A DNA stretch of 64,000 bases from Eledone cirrhosa (lineage: Eukaryota). The translations under genes were made by a program, and so were the position numbers. Where the stretch lies: assembly GCA_964016885.1 (NCBI GenBank), contig OZ024746.1, positions 50,716,001-50,780,000 of the forward strand, in the 5' to 3' direction. Of the stretch, positions 1-13,280 are shown piece after piece. The notes beneath the pieces are model-generated. The model searched no databases and was not told the origin of the DNA. It was given only the letters and a program-made list of their open reading frames with translations. Position 1 is the first letter of the stretch; every line of letters begins with the position of its first letter.

Positions 1-744
1 ATGTTCCACAGAGACACCCTGAATGAGCACAATAATGGTTTCTAATTTAAATACTACGTCAGCAGTACTTAACTGGTTCTTTATTTTATGGAACTTAGAA
101 AGATGTGTAGTGACCTAAATTCTGAGGGCTCTTGAATACATTCTCCGTACGTTGTTTGGCTCAGTTCAGCCAATCGCTATCAGCGTAGGAGAATGTATTT
201 CAACTTCCGACGAAAGGGAAAAATGTTCGCTTCTCTTCGAAAATCTCTCTCTTTGAATCTCGGCACCGGAAGGTAAACATCTCTTGATTTTTGTTCCTCA
301 ACAAACATTCCAAAATGTAGCTATCGAACAATTACCGCGGCCGTGGCTTCTAACTTCAGCTATAGGTCTGCGTATTCTTTTACAGCATCTTAATTTGTTT
401 TGTTTCATTTCTTATGACATGTCATCACTGCTAACTCAACTTCTCATGTTTTGTAAATAAATTATATATAAAAAAACGTCGTAATGCCTTATGATGATAT
501 TTGCCACAATATTCCTTTGGACTGCTTCTTCGGTGACTTCTCTGATACAATACACAAACAAATATTAACACAACATATACAGTATATCATCTATTAACTC
601 TCAACTAAACAACTTCTTCTAAAGATGAAAGGCAAAATTGACGTCGGTGAGATTTGAACTCAGAACATACAGAGCCAGAACAAATATCGAGAAACGTTTT
701 AAAATGACGCTCAAGCGACTTTACTATCCATCTATCTATCCATA

Positions 745-790
<46 letters not shown>

Positions 791-2170
791 CTGGAACGAG
801 GTGACGGCCAAGGTGTTTGCACTCACCCAGAAGTGGGCCGAGTGCAAACTATCCTTGAAAGGTCGAGCGGAGGTGGCGAACACTTTTATAGCGTCCGCCA
901 TCTACTACCGCTTGACCGTTGTGCCTTGTCCAGCCAAAACGCTCACCAAAATGGAGCGCGCTCTCTTCCAATTCCTTTGGAAGAGGCGGGCTCCTTTGGT
1001 GAGAAGATCCATCTGCTGCCAACGCCCTTCCAATGGAGGGCTGGGGGTGCCGTGGCTGACGATGCGCAAACACGCGTTCAGGCTGCGGCATCTCTACGTA
1101 TTCCTCACCAGACAACCGGTGTGGGCGCCGTTCGTGAGGTGAGCCTTCCCACGACTCGTCTCGCTGACCGAGCTGCAGTCCTGGGTCAAGCAAAGACCGA
1201 GGAAAATGGGCGACTGGCACATCGAATGTGCTCAGGCGCTCACAGCCCTCTGGCAGGCGGACCCGGCGATCAGTGGAGACTCCACTTCGTCATTCTATAG
1301 AGGGTTGATCCGCAGCAAGTGCGACGACGTGCTCGGTGAAACTCTAGGCGTAGAGGAAGACGAACTGGCCAGTCTGTTCGGTAGGACCTTCCGCCAGGGA
1401 CCGATGGACAACTTCCAAAAGTCCCTGGCCTGGCAGTGCTACTGAGGAGCTCTACTAGTTCGAGACAAGCTCTACAGACATGGGCGCCCGGGCAGGGATC
1501 CTGCAAAATCGATCTGTCCGAGGTGCGTGCGAGACGAAGAAACCGTCGCGCACGCATTCATACACTGCCCGGGCGTTACCGACCTGTGGGGATATGTAGA
1601 ACGACTATTGTCGCGGGTGGGACCAATCCGGTTGACCACCGAGTCCATTGTCATGATCAAACCGCCACCCTCCTTCAAAAACGAAGGAGAGGAGGTTTTC
1701 CTTTGTGTGATAGCTATGGCGAAAGAGGTTGTATGGTGGACAAGGTTGAAAGGGCTGAGGTCAGACATCTTTCTCTCCGGCCAACAACTGATTCTTTTTT
1801 TCAAATGCCACTTTGGAAGAAGAATCAGGATGGAGAGAGAGGTGCTGTACCCCAGCAAGTTTTATGAAAGGTGGGTGAAAGTGGTGAGAATGGCCCGAGT
1901 GAATGGGCCTTCTCTCTATATCAGCCTGTAGGTTGAGGAAAAGGAGGGGGGAGAGGAAAGGAGTACAAACTCTTCGTACTCCTGGAGATGAGGGTTGCAC
2001 CTTTTTTCGGGGGTATGTGTTACTCATATGAACTGTCTCCCCCTATTGGGGAAAATCGACTAATTTTTTAAATTGCATTTGTGATAATATTTTACACGTT
2101 TTTATTGTATGTAAACTTCCTCCTTTGTATTTGTCCCCTTCTTTTGTGCCCCTGTGGCTAATAAAGAAAC
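791..2170 (+). mobile_element. Tx1-clade LINE, 5'-truncated (ORF2 C-terminus + 3' UTR), in (TATC)n
   Basis: Broken ORFs 801-1142, 1206-1445 and 1527-1931 match the C-terminus of the 19782 ORF2 (LSLKGRAEVAN, CPRC..ET..H..C zinc motif). Ends AATAAAGAAAC then ATATCTATC; (TATC)n upstream. Confidence 0.9.
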
Positions 2171-2182
2171 ATATCTATCTAT

Positions 2183-2500
2183 CCAGCAAGTTTTATGAAA
2201 GGTGGGTGAAAGTGGCGAGAATGGCCCGAGTGAATGGGCCTTCTCTCTATATCAGCCTGTAGGTTGAGGAAAAAGAGGAGGAGAGGAAAGGAGTACAGAC
2301 TCTTCGTACTCCTGGAGATGAGGGTTGCACATTTTTTTCGGGGGTATGTGTTACCCATATGTAATGTCTCCCCCTATTGGGGAAAATCGACTAATCTTTA
2401 AATTGTATTTGTGATAATATTTTACACGTTTTTATTGTATGTAAACTTCCTCCTTTGTATTTGTCCCCTTCTTTTGTGCCCCTGTGGCTAATAAAGAAAC
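2183..2500 (+). mobile_element. Tx1-clade LINE 3' end, second tandem copy
   Basis: Near-identical to 1852-2170, same AATAAAGAAAC end, TATC units on both sides. Confidence 0.9.
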
Positions 2501-2501
2501 A

Positions 2502-2545
<44 letters not shown>

Positions 2546-2546
<1 letters not shown>

Positions 2547-3089
2547 GGGACAAATCCGGTTGACCACCGAGTCCATTATTGCGATCAAACCGCCACCTTC
2601 CTTCAAAAACGAAAGAGAGGCGGTTTTCCTCTGTGTAATGGCTATGGTGAAAGAGGCTATATGGTGGACGAGACTGAAAGGGCTGAGGTCAGACATCTTT
2701 CTCTCCGGCGAACAACTGTTTCGCTTCTTCAAATATCATTTTAGAAGAAGAATTAGAGTGGAGAGAGAGGTGCTGCACCCCAGCAAATTTTACGAAAGGT
2801 GGGTGAATGTGGCAAGGATGGCCCGAGTGGTTCGGCTTTCTCTTTATATAAGCCTGTAGGTCAAGGAAGAAGATGAAGAGAAGAGAGGAGTGCTCGCTCT
2901 TCGTGTTCCTGGAGATGAGGGTTGTAGATTTTTTCGGCGTATGTGCAACCCATTTGTAACGCCTCCCCTCTATTAGGGATTTCGTTTGTTTTATTCATTA
3001 TTTTTGTTATACATTTTTGCACGCCTTATATGTAAACTCCCCAATTGTATTTGTCCCCATCTTTTGCGCCCTTGTGTCAAATAAAGAAA
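2546..3089 (+). mobile_element. Tx1-clade LINE 3' end, third tandem copy (diverged subfamily)
   Basis: ORF remnant GQIRLTTESII...SLYISL to 2859; ends AATAAAGAAA then TATATCTATC. Confidence 0.9.
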
Positions 3090-3199
3090 TATATCTATCT
3101 ACCTATCTATATATCTATCTATCTATCCTCGAAACACACACATACACACACACACTCACACGCACATACACACGCCCATACGCACACAAACACACTCAT

Positions 3200-3259
<60 letters not shown>

Positions 3260-3272
3260 GTATGTATGTATG

Positions 3273-6110
3273 TTCTTCTGGTTTTATAATTTCACAAAGT
3301 TTTACCAATAGAGAGAGAGAGAGAGTCGGTTTCTAACATAGACACAAGACTCTCTCATTGGAATTTACACAACATCAACTAGGTAGATATGTATGTATGC
3401 ATGCATGTGTAGATTGGATGTTATTGTATGTGTGGATGTGGATGTTTTGAGTTGTATGTGTGCATGTGTATATGCTTGGTATCTGTACATGTTTATATGC
3501 AGTTATTAGATGCAACATTTTTGGAATGTTTTACATATTTTTACTGTTCCATTAATGGATTGTACTTGTAGTTTCCTAACTAGTTGTGTACTTTCTGTTC
3601 CTGTGAAGCCTAGCTTCTCAAGATTTGTATTAAGGCAGTTACTAACATATCCCAGTGCCCCAATAATCACAGGCATAAATCTGAAGGTGTAATCAGGGTG
3701 GAGTATCTGCAGATTTCTCATCAGTTCTGCATAAATATTCTCCTTTTCACTAATCTTTGATATTATATTGGCATCTGCTGGGCAGCTAATTTCCACTACT
3801 GTGCATGTTTTCTTCTCCCTGTCCCATATCATAATATCTGGTCTGTTATGCCTGCATTTTATTGGGTTTTTTACTGGAACATTCCAGCAGTACTCTTTCA
3901 TATTATGTACATGGATGTCTTCCACATTGTTGTAGCTTTTACTGTGTTTATTATCGGGGCTATCTTTTTTACGAACTGCATTGTACAGTGTTTTGGCCAC
4001 TATATCATGCCTCATAGGTAGATAGTACCGCGATGACATCTTTGGGCAGCTGCTGATGACATGGGTGATATCCTCGATGTTAGTTCTGCAGAGTCTGCAC
4101 TTGTTATCACATCTAGGTGTTTTGCCTGCATCCCTATCTCTTTTGTGAATCAGGTATTTCGTGCTAATCTCCTGTTCTTGGATTGCAAAAGCGTATCCTT
4201 CAAAGTGGGAGCCAATATCGCGGTTGTTGGTCCAAGATAGACTACTTTCCTTATCTATATTACTCTCACTCTGGAGCTTCCTGGCAACATATCCATGCAT
4301 GATTTTTTGCTGATAGGCATGCAGTTTTTCATCCATGGATTCACTGCGATACTGCTGAGCGACATCCCTGGGTGTGAGTTTTTGATTATCACACAGGGAA
4401 TATCTCTCAAGGAGTTCCTTCCCAACTCTCATGATCTTATCTGTTTCATGCAGATAGACTTGCTCGAGAAGCGGGCTCCTACGCTTCGAGGTTCGTAGAT
4501 TTTGTCGGAGAGATATGATGCGACATTCAAATGTTGTCTGGACTGATGTTAGGCCTCTGCCTCCCTGCTTACGTTTCAAGTAAAGGTGGTCTATGTTACT
4601 GTTGATGTGGAAGTTTCCGGTGTTGATCAGTATTTTTCGAGTTTCAACATCAACTGCTCGGATTTCGTCTATTGTCCAATTGAGTATTCCAAACGTTGGT
4701 GTTAGGACAGGCACAGCAAACACATTGTGAGCCACTGTTTTGTTTTGTGCAGAGAGTTCCGATGACCAGATCTTTCTTAATCGAGTGTAGTATTCCTTGG
4801 TTACGCGTTCTTTATTACAGATACCATTATAGGATATGTTCTCATCTATCCTCAGGTATCTGTAGCAGTCCTCATCTGATATCGGTGAAACAGTTAGACC
4901 ATTGATGACAATGTTGCTAGATTGGGTTGTTGTTTTTCCCCGCTTTACAGTCATGTATGAGCATTTATCTTGGCCAAACTCCATATTCCTTGTGAGCCAA
5001 TGATGTATCCCTCACATTTCTTGAGCAGAAAGGACAATGAGTTTAATGACAATATGAACAATATCACAGAGAGACTGTCCCCCTGAAATATACCCCAGCA
5101 ATATTTTATTTTATCAGTGATAATAGAGTCCTCCCTCTCTGTCTTTAACCTTAGGATAGTAGCCCAAGAAGAAGACAGCCTCTCTATGGCTCTGACAATA
5201 ATGTCTGGGACTTTAGCAAGTTGGAGGGCCTCTATCATCCAAGAGTGTGGAACAGAATCGAAAGCTTTCTTGTAGTCCAGCCAGACTGTAGTCATATTCC
5301 TCCTAAGTTGTCGCACCTCCGACATCGCAGTTTTGTTGATTAGGAGTTGTTCAGCACATCCCCAAACTCTTTTCTTTCCAGCTGCTTGTTCATCTGTGAT
5401 GATGCTATTATTTTCACAGTGATCTTGGAGGAATAGGTTGAGGCAGGCTGTATACATCTTATACATCAGGTTCTGGCATGCAATGGGTCGGTAGTTTTTT
5501 GCCAAGTGGGTGTCTTTGTTCTTGGGGACCAGTAACGTTTGTGCTAATGTCAACCATTCTGGTATAAGTGTATCTCCTTAAGAACTTGTTGGTAGAGGTC
5601 AGTAAGATACCTCCGATAGAATATTAGTTTTTTGTACCAGTAGCCGATAATCATGTCTCTTCCTGGTGTTTCCTTATCTTGGAGCTTTCCTATCACAGTC
5701 TCAAGGGTACCCTCACTTATTTCGTATGTTTTTGTTGTAGTGTAGGAGCAATAGTTCTTTCGGATTTCTCTTAGCCACAATGCATCTTGGTTGAAATTCT
5801 TCTTATCACCCCATATTTTTCTCCAAAAGGAGTCTATGTCTTTCTGGGATGGGGCCTCAGTGACACTTATTATTTTGCCCTTCATATCTCTATAGACTGA
5901 TGTTTGGTTTCGTCTGAATCTTTTATTGAGCATTTTTCTCTCATCTACCTTCTTCAGGTATCGGCGTTTTTCGCTAACAGCTTTCAATTCTTGTTTGAGG
6001 GTGATCAGCTTATATTGGAGAGTTCTGGTTCTACTGTTACCAAACATCGTCTCTATTTTATTTTTCACTCTTTGTTGGTGAGGAGTGATGTTTTTTTGTG
6101 TTTGTTTGCA
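3273..6110 (-). mobile_element. R4/Dong-like non-LTR retrotransposon (RT + restriction-like endonuclease), family A, 5'-truncated and frameshifted
   Basis: ORFs 5550-6164, 4951-5553 (NYRPIAC, WLDYKKAFDSVPH, GIFQGDSLS) and 3506-4984 (CRLC..H...C, RHD, RPDIMIWD...VVEISCP). RT core partly deleted near 4980. (TATG)n at both ends. Confidence 0.88.
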
Positions 6111-6170
6111 TGTATATGTAACATGTATGTATGTATGTATGTATGTATATATGTATGTATGCATGTATGT

Positions 6171-6660
6171 TATCTCTTTCTCTTAATTTCGAGTATATTT
6201 TTTTGACCGGCCACCTTCCTGGTGGCAAGGTTGTAAAAGAAAAGAAATTGTCATCCCTTGAATCGCAAGAATGTTTTGCAAATGTTGAAGGTGCCAGCTA
6301 TTGCAGCCATTTGTAGACTATGAATTAGGGAGCTGCGCTTTTTGTCCGCAAATCCAAGTTCAGTCATACTTTGGTCCAAGCGGGTTGGTATATAACCCCT
6401 AGCTCCAATAATGATGGGTATGAAGTTAAAGGTGTATCTTGGATACTGGATTTGCAAACTCCTCATCAATGGTCCGTAGATGTCTTCCTTCTCCTGTATT
6501 TTTCTGACAACGTTTACATCAAGTGGGCAGCTGATCTCCACAACAGAACACGTTTTCAATGTGTGGTCCCAAACAACAATATCAGGCCGGTTGTGCTTTA
6601 ATTTGGTGGCAGTTTTTATTTTCAGGTTCCACCAGTATTCCTTAGTGCCATCTGTCTCAA
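6171..6660 (-). mobile_element. R4/Dong-like RLE LINE, family B, 3' fragment
   Basis: EYWWN...HNRPDIVVWD...VVEISCPLD endonuclease remnant; near-identical to 56792-57285; (TATG)n flanks. Confidence 0.85.
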
Positions 6661-6964
6661 TATGTATGTAACTGTGTATGTATCTATGTATGTATGTAAC
6701 TGTGTTTGTATATATATATATATGAGTGAATGTATGAATATATATGTGCATGTTTATGTGTGTGTGTGTGAGAGGAAGAGAGAGAGAGAGAAAGAGAGTG
6801 AGAGAGAGGGAGAAAGAGAGAGTGTCTGTGTGGAAGAGAAAGGGGTCGTGGTGGTGTTGAAGTAGACCCTGTAAGAAATGATTAACTATCAAACAGATAA
6901 AACTGACTGTTGTAGAGTTTTTTTTATTGGAAGACAGGAAATGAATTGAAGGCGTTACTTTTTA

Positions 6965-8392
6965 GCGTGGTGTTGGTAGTAGTGGTGGTGGTGGAGGTGG
7001 TGTTGTTGGTAGTAGTGGTGGTGGTGGTGGTGGTGTTGTTGGTAGTAGTAGTGGTGGTGGTGGTGGTGTTGTTGGTAGTAGTGGGGATGGTGGATTTGTT
7101 GGTAGTAGTGGCGGTGGTGGTGGTGTTGGTAGTAGTGACGGTGGTGGTGTTGTTGGTAGTAGTGGTGGTGTTGTTGGTAGTAGTGGTGGTGGTGGTGGTG
7201 GTGTTGGTAGTAGTGGTGGTGGTGTTGTTGTTGGTAGTAGTGGTGGTGGTATTGTTGGTAGTAGTGGTGGTGGTGGTGGTGTTGTTGGTAGTAGTGGTGG
7301 TTGTGGTGGTGGTGGTGTTGTTGTTGGTAGTAGTGGTGGTGGTGGTGTTGTTGGTAGTAGTGGTGGTGTTGGTGGTGGTGTTGGTAGTGGTGGTGGTGGT
7401 AATGGTGTGGTTGTTGGTAGTAGTGGTGGTGGTGTTGTTGGTAGTAGTGGTGGTGGTGTTGGAATTAGTGGTGGTGGTGGTGGTGTTGTTGGTAGTAGTG
7501 GTGGTGGTGGTGGGGGTGTTGTTGGTAGTAGTGGTTGTGGTTGTGGTTGTGTTGGTAGTAGTGGTGGTGGTGGTGTTGTTGGTAGTAGTGGTTGTGGTTG
7601 TGGTTGTGTTGGTAGTTGTGGTTGTGGTTGTGTTGGTGGTGTTGGTAGTAGTGGTGGTGGTGGTATTGTTGGTAGTAGTGTTGGTGGTGGTGGTGTTGTT
7701 GTTGTTGGTAGTGGTGGTGTTGGTGTTGGTTGTGTTGGTAGTAGTGGTGGTGATGGTGGTGTTGTTCGTGGTGGTGGCGGTTGTGGTGGTGTTGGTGTTG
7801 GTGGTGTTGGTGGTGTTGGTGGTGTTGGTGGTGGTGGTGTTGTTGGTAGTAATGGTTGTGGTGGTGTTGGTTATGGTGGTGGTGGTGTTTGTGGTGTTGG
7901 TGGTGGTGTTGGTGGTGGTGTTGGTGGTGGTGTTGGTGGTAGTGGTGGTGCTGGTAGTGTTGTTGTTGGTGGTAGTGGTGGTGGTGGTGGTGTTGTTGGT
8001 AGTAGTGGAGGTGGTGGTGTTGTTGTTGGTGGTGGTGGTGGTGGTGGTTGTGGTGGTAGTAGTGCTGGTGGTGGGGGTGTGGGGGTTGTGGTTGTGGTAG
8101 TGTTGGTAGTGGTTGTGGTGGTGGTAGTTGTGGTGGTGGTGGTGTTGGTGGTATTGGTAGTGGTGGTGGTGCTGTTGTTGTTGTTGTTGGTGGTAGTAGT
8201 GTTGTTGGTGGTGGTAGTGGTGGTGATAGTGGTGGTGGTGTTGGTAGTGGTGGTGGTAGTGGTGGTGGTGGTGCTGGTAGTGGTGGTGTTGTTGGTAGTG
8301 GTGGTGGTGGTAGTGTTGTTGGTAGTGGTTGGTGTTGTTGGTGGTGTTGTTGCTGGTGGTGGTGTTATTGGTGTTGTTTATGTTGTTGGTCG

Positions 8393-8429
<37 letters not shown>

Positions 8430-9365
8430 GGTGGTGGTGGTGTTGTTGTTGTTGACAATGGTACTGTTGGTGTTGCTGGTAGTGGTGGTACTGTTGTTGG
8501 TGGTGGTAGTGGTAGTGGTAATTGAGATAGAGTGGTGGTGGTGGTACTGTTGTTGTTGGTGTTGGCAGTGGTTGTGGCTGTGGTGTTGGTGATAGTGGTG
8601 GTACTGTTTGTGGCGGTGGGGTGGTATTAGTGCTGTTGGTGGTAGTAGTGTTGGTAATGGTATTGGTAATTGTAATCGAGTGGCAATGGAGGGTGATGGT
8701 GGTAGTGTAGGTGGTAGTGTTGGTGGTAGTTTTGGTGGTAGTGCTGGTGGTAGTTTTTGTGGTAGTGTTGGTGGTAGTGTTGGTGGTAGAGTAGGTGGTA
8801 GTTTTTGTGGTAGTTTTGGTGGTAGTGTTGATGGTAATATTGGTGGTAGTGTTGGTTGTAGTATTGATTGTAGTGTTGGTGGTAATTTTGGTGGTAGTGC
8901 TGGTGGAAGTTTTTGTCGTAGTGTTGGTAGTAGTTTTGGTGGTAGTGCTGGTGGTAGAATTGGTGGTAGTTTTGGTGGTTTGGTAATGATGATGATGATA
9001 GTAGTGGTGTTGGAGGTAGTGTTGGTGGTTGTGTCGGTGGTAGTTTTGTGGTAGTGTTGGTGGTACTGTTGGTGGTAGTGTTGGTGGTAGTTTTTGTCGT
9101 AGTGTTGGTAGTAGTTTTGGTGGTAGTGTTGGTGGTAGAATTGGTGGTAGTGTTGGTGGTAGAATTGGTGGTAGTTTTGGTGGTTTGGTAATGATGATAG
9201 TAGTGCTGTTGGAGGTAGTGTCGGTGGTAGTTTTGTGGTAGTAGTGGTGGTAATGTTGGTGGTAGTGTTCGTGGTAGCGTTGGTGGTTTGGTAATGATGG
9301 CGGTAGTGGTGTTGGTGCTAGGGCTCAAAGTGGTGGTTAAGGTGGTGGAGATAGGTGGTAGTAAG
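6965..9365. repeat. 2.4 kb compound (GGT/GTT/GTA)n low-complexity array
   Basis: Direct inspection. Higher-order units such as GGTGTTGTTGGTAGTAGT on the left and GGTGGTAGTGTT/GGTGGTAGTTTT 12-mers on the right. Confidence 0.97.
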
Positions 9366-9667
9366 GATAATATCATCAATCAGCCTTCCTTCCCTTAACT
9401 CACCTGATTTCAAGACCCTCCCTCTCCGATGACTATTGTTAAGGGGATTTCATAAATTATGCAGAACACAGACATACAGTACTTAAGACCTCACACCTCA
9501 GGATCACTTCCTCACTTATGAGCAGGTGAAACTTTTGTGGGTAGAGGAGGACATGTCCTTGACTTGAACCCCTCTCTCGTATTTGCCAGTTCATATGTTA
9601 CGTTATGTTTTGACGTTTATAGGCATTTTTATGGACCACGTCAAATATTCGCGGTTTTTCACACTTC

Positions 9668-9832
9668 TCGTATTTCCCGGCGCCGAAGACGCGTCCTCGA
9701 GGGCGCACCCTAATTTTGACAAACAAAAATTTGAAAAAAAATAATAAACAACCTTCGGCCTCCAGGACGTATGGTAGATTTTTTAGACTTATTTTAGGAA
9801 AAAAGTAGCGTCTTCGACGCCGGGAAATACGG
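9668..9832. mobile_element. MITE with CCGTA-type TIRs (Tc1/mariner, Tc2/pogo-like)
   Basis: cgtatttcccggcgccgaagacgc (9669-9692) vs gcgtcttcgacgccgggaaatacg (9808-9831), 23/24 inverted match. TA follows the right end; left TA not intact. Confidence 0.7.
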
Positions 9833-9848
9833 TAACGCCCGCGAATAC

Positions 9849-10051
9849 CGGGAGACAATTGTATTTTTAATCCATTGAGATCAAATTGTGATGGTATCTC
9901 TGAGGTAAAAACGTTTATCATGTTTGTTATTTTTTTAAATATCGTTTTCTCCACTAGAGAGATATCAAGCATGTTTAATTGAAAGAGTTTCCTTGTACTT
10001 GTCCAGCTGTTTGCCAAAAAAGCCAGTGTCATTAAGACATTCACAATGTAC
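9849..10051 (-). CDS. Candidate host internal exon, product unknown
   Basis: Acceptor tttctttttaaattAG, then about 67 stop-free codons of non-repetitive sequence (YIVNVLMTLAFLANSW...LKIQLSP); weak donor G|GTATTC. Confidence 0.25.
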
Positions 10052-11084
10052 CTAATTTAAAAAGAAACCGCAGGTGTTAATGTCCTCAAACCGTATTGAG
10101 AAAGAAATAATCAAGTCTTTGGCTTCTGATGTAAAAAAATCAATAATAAAAGAATTGAAGATAGCAACAATGACCGCATTCATTCGCAATGGATAAAATT
10201 ACAGATGACTTCCCACACTGAGCAGATTTCTATGTGTATACGTTGTCTCATAAACAAAGAAAAGAACTTTTATTTTTTATTAAAGTGTATGATAAGCAGT
10301 AGAAAATAGCTCTGTTGTTTAAGGAAATAAATGATTATATGGATAGAAATCACGAGGAATCTAAGTCATGATGGGGTTGCTAACATGAATGGATCATACA
10401 AGGGACTTCAGTTAATGATTCTTCCTTGCAATAAAAAAAAAAGCTTTATATGTTCACGGCAATGCTCACTGTTTAAACCTTGCAAATCTAGCTGCTATTT
10501 TATTTCATACTTAAGTGTACTAGAACAGTTATAGTTTCATTTCAATGTGAAGTAAGCTGTATGCTTCATTTATACAAAATAAATTATCTATCTACCTCTG
10601 GTCCTGACGCAAAAATAGATCAGCAAAGAAACATCCCTGAGAACCTTAAAGAAAGTGTTTACGACCCTGTTACAATTTCTCATCAAGATATGTGGAATAG
10701 ATCTAGCAACTGAACATATAACAATACTGTTACATAGTATCAACTTTCAATTCATTCTTTGCTTTGAAGATGCAATAGCATTATCTATGCGGAATAGCTA
10801 CTGCATCAAATATTCATCAAGGATAAAATCACGATTTATAAGCTGTATGTACAATCACTGATGGTGTTCAAAGAGAAATTTCTGGTCAAAGTTGACCAAG
10901 AAAAGTGTCAATGGGATTCAAATGGTGCTATGTCTCTAACAACAGAATAACTCTTACTGGATTTAGAGGAGTTCTATTGTGTGAAAATATACCACAACAT
11001 TTTTGAACAGACATGTGAAAAACAGTAGGCGGAGATAAGGAAGGTGCCAAATTGTGGTTCTAAACTAGATGTAAAGCAAGTGAA

Positions 11085-11242
11085 GGCGCCAAATAGGAAG
11101 AGTCGTTAGAACGCCGGATAGAATGCTTTGTGGTTTTCGTTTCGGTTCTCTGCTCTCTGAGTTCAAATCCCGCCGAACTCAACTTTGCCTTTCATCCTTT
11201 CGAGGTCGATAAAAAAAAGTACCAGTCTAGTACTGGGGTAGA
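11085..11242 (+). mobile_element. tRNA-derived MetaSINE
   Basis: B box gagttcaaatcc followed by Meta core ttgcctttcatcctttcgaggtcgataaaa..gtaccag. Confidence 0.8.
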
Positions 11243-11800
11243 TTCTTTCTCTATATCTCTTTCTCATTTCCATTCTATCACTCCCTATCATTCTATTGGA
11301 AGAAATCTATTGTATTCAGACCTGGAGAGGAGATGGGCTCCACCAGGTTTTAAAATGCCCTAGAAACGCTATGTGCCAATATGGCGCCCTACGACTCACT
11401 CAAGAGTTACGGGATCATGCAGGCATGCAAATCAAGTAGACAATCGGCAACAAGTATTGAATTTCAAGACCTAAAGAAGCTTTGTAAGTTATATGGCTTT
11501 AAAGAATGGATTAACAAACCTTAGACAGAATTAGACAGAATCATGGGGCAGTGAGGCAACATCTGGTGTTTCGCAAAGAACAATTAACCCTTCCATTACC
11601 ATATTTCTAATAAAAAATTGACTATAATTTTCAAATAATTTAGAAAATAATCAAAAATTCAGAAGGATTTGGTAATATAAGCAGTCTTCTCATTACTAAG
11701 CTAACAAAGGTCTTTACTTAAAATTATGATAGAAGGTGTTTTAGATAAATATAAATACTTTAATGTATGAAGCCGAATTCTCGACTTTTTGAAGCGCTGA

Positions 11801-11852
<52 letters not shown>

Positions 11853-11903
11853 GTTATTCCGGGTTGAATCGGAGGTAACCACAGTAAGTAAGGTACTAGA
11901 TGG

Positions 11904-11950
<47 letters not shown>

Positions 11951-11955
<5 letters not shown>

Positions 11956-13268
11956 TAAAATAACAGATTAAAGTTTAAGCAAAGAATCGCTGCTTTCACC
12001 CTTAACGGGATCTTCTGAAACTGACAAAGTCAATCTGTAAACGCAGAAGTGAATATTTCAAAAAAACGTTGCAACCGGAGGAAGACAGGAAGACGATACT
12101 TTGGTTCGTGGAAACGTTCCCTGGCAAAGAACGGGGAAAAACGAATATAATACGTCATTATTTGGAGCGGTGAAAAACAATTACACGCAAAGACAGAACT
12201 ACGTTTATGGTATAAAAGAAGTCGTAGACTAATGTTCTCTTAGGTGGTTCATAGAGACGTTCTCTGGCAATGAACAGAAAAAACGAAGATAATACGTCAT
12301 ATGTAGAGCGTGGAGAACAAAGACAAAACCATGTAAATGGTATAACTGAAGTCGTAGACTAAAATTCTAACTAGGAAACCGAATGATTCTCCGCTTCAGG
12401 GTTAAGAAAAAAGTAAATAAAATACGGAGGTAATTGAAATTAAATAAATTCATACACGCATCCAAATACGTACATACACAAGCATACGCGAAAACATTCG
12501 CCATAGGTATACAAATACACGCACATATAAATATGTGTCTGTGTGTGTGCGTGTATACAAATAATTAAATAAACGTATATAAATAAATAAATACGTATAT
12601 AATAAGCGCACACACATACCTACATGTAAATACACAAATGTTCGGAGACGTACGTCAACCAAAACACGAAGTACACATATACACACACCCTACATACGTA
12701 CGAACCCGCATACTCGCACAGACACAAAACTCACGTATACACATAACCAAAAGCATATGTACCAGAATATATAAAATATACGCCATAACATATAAAATCA
12801 AATATACGTACGAGAAAGTATACGTACCTTCACAAAACATACATGTAATATATACTTACCTATGCAAATAAGTAATGGTATAAACATAACATATACTTAG
12901 CTACCACATCAAGACGTAAAATATCCGCGTATAGATCGTACTATCCGTTAGGGTATAATGTGGGGCTGTAATACAGGAAAGTTTTGTGCAATTTATGTTT
13001 ACAAACCGAAATTGCCTCAGATTTTTTGTTTAAGATGTGGTCTGTGGCGAAGAGTATTTCCAGGGCCTCAGCGGGGCAGAGGTCACATGGTCTTTTATTT
13101 CCGTTATACGATCTAGCCCTAGCTAGGATCTCCCAGTGTAACTTATATTGGGTGTGGTTGTCTTTTAGACTCCAGATATATTTGCTCTACGGTTCTTATA
13201 TATTTGATATATATTTATCCTTATCGAGCCCTCTTTGGATTTTAGTCTTCAAATTTATTATTATTACT
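11951..13268 (-). mobile_element. Hydra-type PLE, 5'-truncated, with inverted tail (13187-13268), in (TA)n
   Basis: Minus strand 13186 to about 12961 translates SKYIWSLKD...WEILARA.SY...CDLC.AE...LNKKSE...CKH (GIY-YIG C-terminus; not in the ORF track). 3' UTR has a ~130 bp direct repeat (12112-12238, 12255-12368). Confidence 0.8.
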
Positions 13269-13280
13269 ATATATATATAT

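Noticed and set aside
492-546. ATGATGA...CTGA resembling a C/D box snoRNA
   Set aside because: Short, no convincing terminal stem, no clear C'/D' boxes or recognisable antisense element.
6946-9379. Long Val/Gly- or Thr/His-rich ORFs resembling mucin or glycine-rich proteins
   Set aside because: They are translations of a GGT/GTT/GTA array that is stop-poor in most frames; no unique flanking coding sequence.
10560-11045. Unique, coding-like composition
   Set aside because: The frames I tried are interrupted by stops and show no recognisable motif; possibly an old TE, not callable.
11985-12022. Minus-strand CAGAAGA-t-ccc gttaa ggg-t-GAAA at the expected hammerhead position
   Set aside because: Core altered and stems I and III cannot be formed; at most a decayed remnant.
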